Below, piece after piece: positions 55,152 through 64,000 of a stretch of DNA of 64,000 nucleotides. The stretch's first letter is position 1, and each line of letters opens with the position of its first letter. The DNA is taken from assembly GCA_951406725.2 (NCBI GenBank), contig OX597817.1, positions 131,440,001 through 131,504,000 on the forward strand. The letters run 5' to 3'. Source of the stretch: Octopus vulgaris (lineage: Eukaryota). Under the pieces are notes generated by a model, which was not told where the DNA came from, made no database searches, and was given only the letters and a program-made list of their open reading frames with translations. Position numbers and translations under genes: made by a program.

Positions 55152-56264
55152 CGTATATATACACACGTAAATTCATATATCAATATTCATATGTATGTGC
55201 ATGGGTGCACAATCATTTCATTATGACTATTAACATAACGTAGAATTTAACCAGTCAAGGAATTGGATCTCTGATCCGTGCATAATTCCCATTTGAAGTT
55301 ATCAATTCACTGTGTTGTTAAGGCAACCGAAAATACCTAAATATCATAGCTTTCATTTGATCAACGTCTGGAATCAGTCAAAATGAACGTCACTTGCGAA
55401 TGGATGCCCTGCAGAAATGAAAGGCAATCGACTTGCTCAGTCTGTTGTGCATGAATGAGTTTTGGACTTCTTTGTGCAGGATTTTGCCTCATCAATCCCA
55501 GTTGTGTGTTCAAATCTTTAGCTTCCATAACTTTGTGTTAATATTTCAATATTGACTCCATTTCTGTCTAATCTGAATATTGTTTCGATTTTTTACGGTG
55601 TACCTCGAAGTAGACAATGCTATCAATATAGTATGGTTTGAATAGAAAAGAAATGATAGTCACCTATGGGCCGAAGGTTACCGCTTTGATCTTTTCTGTC
55701 GTAGGGATTTACACACAGTTCTTTGTAGCCTTCTCGATTTCGTGTTCCTCCTTCGCAAGCGAATTATTTCATATCTGGCGAACACTCTTATCACCAAACG
55801 AAATCTATTTTTGTTTATACATTACTCGCTACAATGCTTACTGATGCAGTTCAGTTAAAGATACCCAAAGAAGACTGACAAAATTACTCTTCGTTTGTTC
55901 TAGATTTTGTTTACGAAATTATGTGGCAAAGGAATGAAGAAAACGTTTGGCAAATTAGAAGAACTAAAATTGTGGGAGTTTCATGCCATTCTAATGCAGT
56001 AGGACATGATTTTCAGCTCCATGACAGCCTTCATTTAAGACATCCCAGCTTTCACTATCTCGTATTTCGAGTACGTATTACGCGTATTGTGCCTAGAACT
56101 GCATGTGATGTCATCTTCCATTTGTTAAGGGAATAAGATGTAAAAGGAGAAAAACTTGGTCGCTCTTTTAAATACAAATTGCATTTACTGAGCTGTCACC
56201 GCGATTAACTGTTCAAATAAACTATGAAACACAGAAGCTGCTTGAATATGAGCGTGGTTAGGCG

Positions 56265-56640
56265 CGGTAGTGGTGAGAAGGTTGCTTCCCAACTTCATGG
56301 TTCTGGGTTCGTTCCCACTGCGTGGTACCTAGGGCAAGTCTCTTCTGCTATAGCCTCAGGTCAACGAGAGCCTTCCGAATGGATTTTTTTGACGGAAACA
56401 GAAGTAAGCCCGTCATGTGTGTGTGTGTTATTGCATTTGTTCCTTTTCACTGCTTGACAACCAGTGTTGGTGTGCATATGTTCCCGTAAAATTAGCGGTT
56501 CGGCAAAACATATCGATAAAATTAGTACCAGGCTTCCAAAAGAATAAGTATTGGGTTTGATTCATTCGACTAAGAATTCGTCAAGATGGTGCCCCAGTGT
56601 GGCCGCAAGTCAAATGACTAAAACAAGTAAAAGATAAAAG
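56265..56640 (+). mobile_element. SINE family B (diverged)
   Basis: Matches the family B consensus. Confidence 0.75.
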
Positions 56641-57214
56641 ATAAATTGCTCAACACAAAAAATACGTACTTCAAAGCCACCCGTTAGCTGGAATTCGATG
56701 ACTTTCTGGGAACTTCTATCCAAAATGCTTACCATTTTTCTCGTCATTCCTGGCTAGAATTAAAAGCAGAAACATTCGGCCGATTGTTTTCCAGTTTTTT
56801 TTTGTTTCTCATACATTTAAAACGGTCTTGATCAATTATTTTTCCTATGAATCCCTTTCATTCATTTTATACTCGGGTGGATCGTCAAACCCATTTAATG
56901 CTTTAAAAAACCGTAATGCATATTTATAATTGAATATCATTAGGAACTGTATTAAAAAAATTATTAAAATATTTTGTGTATTGTAAGAGTATAACCACTT
57001 TATTTCAGATAAATTTTAAGCACAAAATCTTACGGACCCACCTAGGGTCATATGAACCGCGGTTGAGAAGTACTCATGTAGAATAACATCGACCAATATA
57101 TCCTTCATGAGCTCTTTATTATGACAGATAATAATACGACTGTTATATCTAGCAATCTGGGTGACCTCGTACAGGTTTCTTTGTTGGTTTCCAATATCCG
57201 TGTTTATCAATGAG

Positions 57215-57349
<135 letters not shown>

Positions 57350-57423
57350 TGTGTGTGTGTATATATGTATGTATGTATATATTATATATATATAATATAT
57401 ATATACATATATATAATATATAT

Positions 57424-57477
<54 letters not shown>

Positions 57478-58477
57478 CTGTTTCCAAGGAAAGCTAGCGT
57501 TTCTTGTGTTTATCATAGAAACAGAATGTTTCCTTTAATAACTTACTTGAATGGAGTCCAAAACCAAGAACAACCATTTGGCACCAGACCAGTTTCCATG
57601 TATTTTATCAAGTCAAAATGTTTGCATGAAACTTTCCAATGAAAAGAACAAAACACAGAACTACATCTGCGTAATTATTGAATTCATTGGAGCAGGCATG
57701 AGGCCAAATTTTGTATGGAGAGAATGATAGTCGGTGGAATCGTCCCTAAAGGGCTACTAACGAGCAGAAAGCCTTTGTGTAAACCCTCGACCTGCTAGAA
57801 ACAATAGCTGATTCTTCCTTGAATCATATCATACAGCTTTCAAAAAACTGAGACATATCGGATGATGCGGTGTGATATATGTCTGCTAGTAAGGTAGAAT
57901 AGAGCAAAGGCGTGTGACTGTGGCTTAGCGATTAAGGTGTTCCTCTCACAATCGCTAGGTCGTGAGTTCGATTCCCGATGGCGCATTGTGTCCTTGAGCT
58001 AGGCACTTTATTTAACGTTGCCCCAGTTCAATCAGCTGGCAAAACTGAATTGTACCAGTAATTCAAAGGTCCAGCCTTGTCACGTTCTGTGTAGCACTAC
58101 TCGCCCTGAGATCTACGTTACGCGCACGCGTGTTTGTGGAGTACTCAACCATTTGCACATTAATTTCACAAGCAGTCTGTTTGCTGATAGAATCAACTGG
58201 AACACTCATCTTCGCAACCTACGGAGAGCCTATTTTAGTGTACAATTGACAGGACTGAAATATCCTCCAACTTAATTCTGTATGTGTTTAAATAAGCAGA
58301 TTTAATTTGGGTGTGTGGTAAGTAGCTTGCTTACCAACCACATGTTTCCGGGTTCAGTCCCGCTGTGTGGCATCTTGGGAAAATGTCTTCTACTATAGCC
58401 TCGGGCTGACCAAAGCCTTCTGAGTGGATTTGGTAGACGGAAACTGAAAGAAGCCCGGCGTATATATGTATATATAT

Positions 58478-59023
58478 ATATCTAATGTAGGATAAAATTT
58501 TTTCGAAAAAAATTCTTTTCCCCAAAAAATTTTATCAATGGCCAGCATATTAAAAAATACCTTTAAAGGTTAAATTTATAAACAATTAAAAAATAAGGGC
58601 AAACGAAAAAATGTCTAATGCTAAATATGCCGAAAAATTGGACATATTGTCCATTAACCATATAATTTTTTCACAATACGCACGCTACTCGAAAAAAGGT
58701 CGACAGAAATTTCTAAAAAATTCCATTATTACCATATCGGACCGATTTCATGGTTAGCTTATAACAGCCCTCCCTTCGTCAGTGATACATGTGGCAAAAG
58801 AAATAAATGAGATACTTACTCATACCCATGGAAGAAGCAAACACTAAGTCATGAGCACAATTAAGTACACCAAATATATCCAAAATAGAAATACTCCAGC
58901 CCATTCGAGACACGTGCGATTTGAACTGATGCTCTCACAGAGTGAAAGAGTCCGGAAGTGAACGCTTAAATTTATATCTAATGTAGGATAAAATTTTTTT
59001 CGAAAAAAATTCTTTTCCCAAAA
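58478..59023 (-). mobile_element. ~500-bp non-coding element with ~50-bp terminal direct repeat and hammerhead motif (pseudo-LTR/retrozyme-like)
   Basis: ATATCTAATGTAGGATAAAATTTTTTCGAAAAAAATTCTTTTCCC occurs at ~58478 and ~58974. Confidence 0.7.
58735..58787 (-). ncRNA. Degenerate type I hammerhead ribozyme motif
   Basis: TGTATCA-CTGACGA-AGGGAGGGCT..AGCTAACCAT-GAAA-TCGG-TC^CGATATG; core intact, stems carry mismatches. Confidence 0.6.
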
Positions 59024-59101
59024 ATATGTATATATATATATATATATTATTAGTGAATTGAAGAAATGGAGTTGAACGAAGATTGAACAGAAATCGTTTT
59101 A

Positions 59102-59190
59102 TTTCATTCTACACGTGTTTCGAAAGGCACAATTTACCAAATTCCGATTGAATAATGAGACCATATTGTGTCTTTCTCTTCAGGAAGAAA
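59102..59190 (-). ncRNA. Type I hammerhead ribozyme (left arm)
   Basis: Mirror copy of 59662-59750. Confidence 0.82.
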
Positions 59191-59661
59191 TAGGAAATCC
59201 GTTGGAAAAAACAAAAACAGAACAGAGGCGGAGCAAAACAAATCGAACGAGGCTCATAAGAGCCCATGGCCAAACTGTTTATCAGTGTATGTTGAAAACG
59301 GGTGGTGAGTGCGTTGAAGATTTTAACGGGTCAGGCAGCGGTCATTCCGGTGGGTGAGGGCACGGGGTGTGTAAATGTTCTTTGTGACCGAGAGTAAAGT
59401 AGATTTTGTCTCGCCCCACATAATACACCTAATATTCTTTAAATAGTCAGAACTTTACTCTCGGTCACAAAGAACATCTACACACCCCGTGCCCTCACCC
59501 ACCGGAATGACCGCTGCCTGACCCGTTAAAATCTTCAACGCACCCACCACCCGTTTTCAACATACACTGATAAACAGTTTGGCCATGGGCTCTTAGGAGC
59601 CTCGTTCGATTTGTTTTGCTCCGCCTCTGTTCTGTTTTTGTTTTTTCCAACGGATTTCCTA

Positions 59662-59750
59662 TTTCTTCCTGAAGAGAAAGACACAATATGGTCTCATTAT
59701 TCAATCGGAATTTGGTAAATTGTGCCTTTCGAAACACGTGTAGAATGAAA
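59662..59750 (+). ncRNA. Type I hammerhead ribozyme with long stem II and palindromic stem III
   Basis: TTTCTTC-CTGAAGA-GAAAGACACAAT..ATTGTGCCTTTC-GAAA-CACGTG-TA^GAATGAAA; predicted cleavage after 59742. Confidence 0.85.
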
Positions 59751-59957
59751 TAAAACGATTTCTGTTCAATCTTCGTTCAACTCCATTTCTTCAATTCACT
59801 AATAATATTAATATTCAATTATCCGCACCAACGCACGGTTGCAACACCATATGGTTGTACCTCCAACCGTGCTGTCTTCTGCTGTGAATTTTGCTACCAA
59901 GGTATCGGTTAAACTTTTGATTAATCTGCAACAAGATTATTCATCTTTCTATTTCAC

Positions 59958-59991
<34 letters not shown>

Positions 59992-60617
59992 CCAAAAATA
60001 TGTATATATATATGTGTGTTTATATGTTTGTGTGTCTGTGTTTGTCCCCTAACATCGCTTGGTAACCGATGTTGGTGTGTTTACGTCCCCCGTAACTTAG
60101 TTGTTCGGCAAAAAAGACCGATAGAATAAGTACTAGGCTTGTAAAGAATAAGTCCTGGGGTTGATTTTCTTGACTAAAGGCGGTGCTCCAACATGGCCAC
60201 AGTCAAATGACTGAAACAATTAAAAGAGTAAAATAGAGTAATTCAGAGCTTGCCTCGAGCTAAACTACAATAATAACACAAACAACAATAATAATAACAA
60301 CAATTTCCTCCTCGATCGACTCCGAAATTGTCATTGAAACCATAACTTCAGACGATTTGGATGCCGTTCTTGTTATTGTCGTAGTCCTCTCCGCTTAAAG
60401 GGATCAATGATCAAATCTTTTCAGGCATAGTTTATCTAAAGATATATTATTTGATGGCTTTTGCTTTTCTTTTTGGTAAGGTGTGATGGAGATTTCACTG
60501 CTATTTCTGCATATACACAGCTGTGTAATTATGTACGTATACAGACACATGTATGTATAAATACACATGTACACACACACACATGTATATACGTGTGCAT
60601 GTATGTATTTGTGTGTT

Positions 60618-60664
<47 letters not shown>

Positions 60665-61127
60665 CCTGGACAATAACCTTGTGTTGAATATTTAAGTTCA
60701 CAGTTTGGTCCACAAGTCCATTATTGATTTGATCGCATCTTAGCCTATATCGTGAAAGGGAAGGTCTATTTAAAATAAACGCCGGGACCCTGTAGAACTC
60801 GCAGTTTCCCAAGTATTTTAGTCGCCTAATGCGAATAGAAACAATGTAAAGTCATAAATATCTTGTTTTGATACTCGGGCGTGTCTTATATATTATGCTG
60901 GAAGCAAAGTCTAACAGAGCAAATGACGTGAAGGACATCACTTAGAAGACATAGAAAGAGGCTTTCTAATGGTGTTATTGAAGAAAACGTAAAATGTATG
61001 TGAGTGGTCTTTGGATATAGCTTTATGATCATCCACTCAATCTGTAGTCATGTAATTTTCCACTTTTAAACAAGATTTCTAGATTTATGGCGGTTCATGA
61101 ATATGATTTGCTTCACAGTTGTTCATA

Positions 61128-61340
61128 ACAGGGGTGCTGAAAATTTCTGGGCTTTGGGTAAAAGAAATTTCAAAAGGATCAGTTAATTATAATTTTATTC
61201 AACATATTCCCTTCTCAGATTCACACACTTAATTGAAGCGGTCCAATATTTTTTCTAAGCCCTGTAAAAGAAATCGGAAGGTTGGGCCCCCTACCACGCA
61301 TTTCGCGACACACTTTGAGCCAGGAACGTTTCAGTCCCCT
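61128..61340 (-). mobile_element. Mariner terminal fragment
   Basis: Mariner-like end CAGGGGTGCTGAAAATTTCTGGGC and C-terminal KCVNLRREYVE on the minus strand. Confidence 0.5.
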
Positions 61341-62469
61341 TCGTATATCCATAGCTATAAGTTTTAATTATTGAATTATTGATAGGTGGCATCTTTCTAC
61401 GATTTTTTTTTACGTAAAATATATTGTCACATTCATTCAGTGTCGGGACATAATTACCTATTTTAGTTACATTCATTGTGTTTATGTTCATAAAGAAAAA
61501 GTCATGAATAAAATCACTTTCTTTGGTTTATTTTACCACATATCGGTTTGTTTACACAAAATGTTTTGTATTGTGGAAAGACCTCTGCTTCATAGATAAT
61601 AGCTTCAGCATTGCATGACCGATTTCAATGGAGCTCGTTTATGTTTCAGTGTTTGCAATTTGCTTCAATTTCTTAAAATAGATTGACTCTAAATAAGTTT
61701 TGTTTTTGTCATGTTAACAGCAAATCAATTTAAAGTGATGTATATTAAGTAATTTTCGATAACGCTAATTAATTATAAATATTCATATATGAAAGCTACG
61801 ATATATTCCGATATAAGAATTAACTTCCCTTCCAACATGACAATAAACTCTGACTTTCCTTTCATACAGAATTATAACAATCAATTATCATTAATAATTA
61901 AAAAGGATATATTGCAATCCAACGAAGAAGCCATTATGAGGCCACCCAGCCTGCTAAATACAACAACCGAATTGTTTCCTCTCACACCCTATCTAGCCAT
62001 TCATTTTTTGCGCCAGGTAATATAACAGCGTCATTCTATTTTAGGCGATGAAGGGCGCTAGGTGTCTATTAACCCTTCATTTTGATATTACTCATTTCCT
62101 CAGAATTGTAGAGAATAGGGATGTAACTAATCCGCTTCAAAATTACTTAAACATAGAAGAAACGCAGCTCATCATTCGACATGAGGCATTACTTGTTCGA
62201 AAGACGTAAACCATTCCTGTGGATTATTTACAAAAGCTTTGTGAGTGCGTGTACATATGTATGCTTGCACGTATGTATGTATGTATGTATTTATGTATGT
62301 ATGTATGTATGTATGTATGTATGTATGTATGTATGTATGTATGTATGTATGTATGTATGTATGTATGTATGTATGTATGTATGTATGTATGTATGAATGT
62401 ATGTATGTATGTATGTATGTATGTATGTATGTATGTATATGTATGTATGTCTTTATGCATGTATGTATG

Positions 62470-63770
62470 TCGTTGTTCAATTTATTTCAAGATTTCTTGC
62501 CAATAGAAAAAGAGTCGGTTTCTAACCAAGATCCAAGTCTCCTTCTTTGGAATTTCAACATCAACAACAGGGTATGTAAGTATGCATGTATGTATGCATG
62601 TATGTATGTATGTATGTATGTATGTATGTATGTATGTATGTATGTATGTATGTATGTATGTATGTATGTATGTATGTATGTATGTATGTATGTATGCATG
62701 CATGTATGTATGTATGTATGTATGTATGTATGTATGTATGTATGTATGTATGTATGCATGCATGTATGTATGTATGTATGTATGTATGTATGTATGTATG
62801 TATGTATGTATGTATGTATGTATATATGTATGTGCAGATTTGTATGTTTTATGTATGTATTCTGATGGATATAGTCGCATATCTAAACATGCTCATTTAT
62901 ATTTAAATGATAAACTTCTGGAGGGTTTTACAGATTTTTACTGTTCCAGTGGTGGATTGGATCTGAAGTCATCAAATTAGCTTTCTCCTTTCTGATTTTG
63001 AGAAGCCTAATTTCTCAAGATTGGTATTTAGGTAGTGTGTTACATATCTCAGGGCCCCAATAAGTACAGGTATAAACCTGAACTTGTAATCTGGAAAGAG
63101 ATGTATGTATGTATGTTTCTTTGTATGTATGTATGTATGTATGTATGTGTGTATGTATTTGTATATATGTATTTATGCATGCATGTATGTATGTCATTGT
63201 TCAGTTTATTTCAAGATTTCTTGCCAGTAGAGTAAGATCTGATTTCTATTCTAGATTCAAGCCTCTTTCATTGGAATTTCAACATCAACAACAGGGTATT
63301 TGTGTATGTATATGAGCAGATTTGTATGTTTTGTTTTATGTATGTATTCACATACATATAGTGGCATATCTAGACATGCTCTTGTATGTAAATGATAAAC
63401 TTCTGCAAAGTTTTATAGATTTTTATTGTTCTGGTGATGGGTTGGATCTTTAGTCTTCGAATTAGCTTTATCCTTTCTGGTTTTGAGAAGCCACATTTCT
63501 CAAGATTAGTATTTAAGCAATGTGTTACACATCCGAAAGCCCCAATAATTACACGTATAAACGTGAACTTGTAATCTGGATAGAGTATCTGCAGATTTCT
63601 CAATAGTTCTGTATAGGTATTCTATTTTTCACTGAGCTTCAGTTTCAAGTTAACATCCGCTGGGCAGCTAATTTCCACAACTGTGCACAGTTTCTCTTCT
63701 CTATCCCAAATCATTATATCGGGTCTGTTGTGCTTACATTTTATTGAGGTCTTCGCTGGGACATTCCACC
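62470..63770 (-). mobile_element. Two tandem 3' fragments (62470-63100 and 63194-63770) of a distinct RLE non-LTR family embedded in (TATG)n
   Basis: WWNVPAKTSIKCKHNRPDIMIWDREEKLCTVVEISCPAD and YPDYKFTFIRVIIGAFG; duplicated 3' UTR; all ends abut (TATG)n. Confidence 0.85.
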
Positions 63771-63815
63771 ATATGTATGTATGTATGTATGAATGTATGT
63801 ATGTATGAATGTATG

Positions 63816-63849
<34 letters not shown>

Positions 63850-64000
63850 TGTATGTATGTATGTATGTATGTATGTATGTATGTATATGTTTGTGTTCCT
63901 CCCAGCCTCTACTTGACATCCGCTGCTGCTTTGTTGACGTCTCCATAACTTAACGGTTCGACAAAAAACCGATAGAATATGTTTCCGTTTTAACAACAGA

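Larger units (their letters stand above)
59045..59962. mobile_element. PLE-type inverted pseudo-LTR structure: 356-bp arms (59045-59400 and 59452-59807), 51-bp spacer, ~155-bp tail
   Basis: Arms are reverse complements with about 3 visible mismatches (mirror ORFs 59115-59357 and 59495-59737); flanked by (TA)n. Confidence 0.9.
58310..60235 (+). mobile_element. SINE family B split by nested insertions in its internal microsatellite
   Basis: 5' half at 58310-58460 and 3' half at ~60030-60235. Confidence 0.85.

Noticed and set aside
55330-55800. Faint LINE RT-like words on the minus strand (NLRPI, YLGI)
   Set aside because: Too decayed to support a call without a profile search
59115-59737. Two nearly identical 80-aa ORFs on opposite strands
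   Set aside because: By-product of the inverted repeat; they overlap the antisense of the HHR and have no recognisable domain

Overview
AT-rich, repeat-saturated animal genomic DNA. The SINE families, microsatellite load and LINE mix point to a coleoid cephalopod, most likely Octopus (inference, not verified). I find no intact protein-coding gene, and most ORFs in the supplied track are microsatellite read-through. The window is a mosaic of: (i) about a dozen decayed R4/Dong-like non-LTR retrotransposon fragments (RT, CCHC and restriction-like endonuclease, RLE) in (TAA)n tracts; (ii) a second RLE family in (TATG)n/(CATA)n tracts; (iii) Penelope-like elements (PLEs) and their pseudo-LTR remnants in (TA)n tracts; (iv) tRNA-derived SINEs; (v) Tc1/mariner, Helitron and Helentron-like elements. 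The most interesting signal is non-coding: six type I hammerhead ribozyme (HHR) motifs from at least four unrelated repeat families, plus two remnants. They include a tRNA-headed SINE-like element with a minimal HHR in its tail (two copies) and a 356-bp-arm palindrome with an HHR on each strand. A few isolated exon/microexon-like signals and one promoter-like island suggest the region may be intronic, but these are weak. All folds were read by eye and none is experimentally or computationally confirmed.
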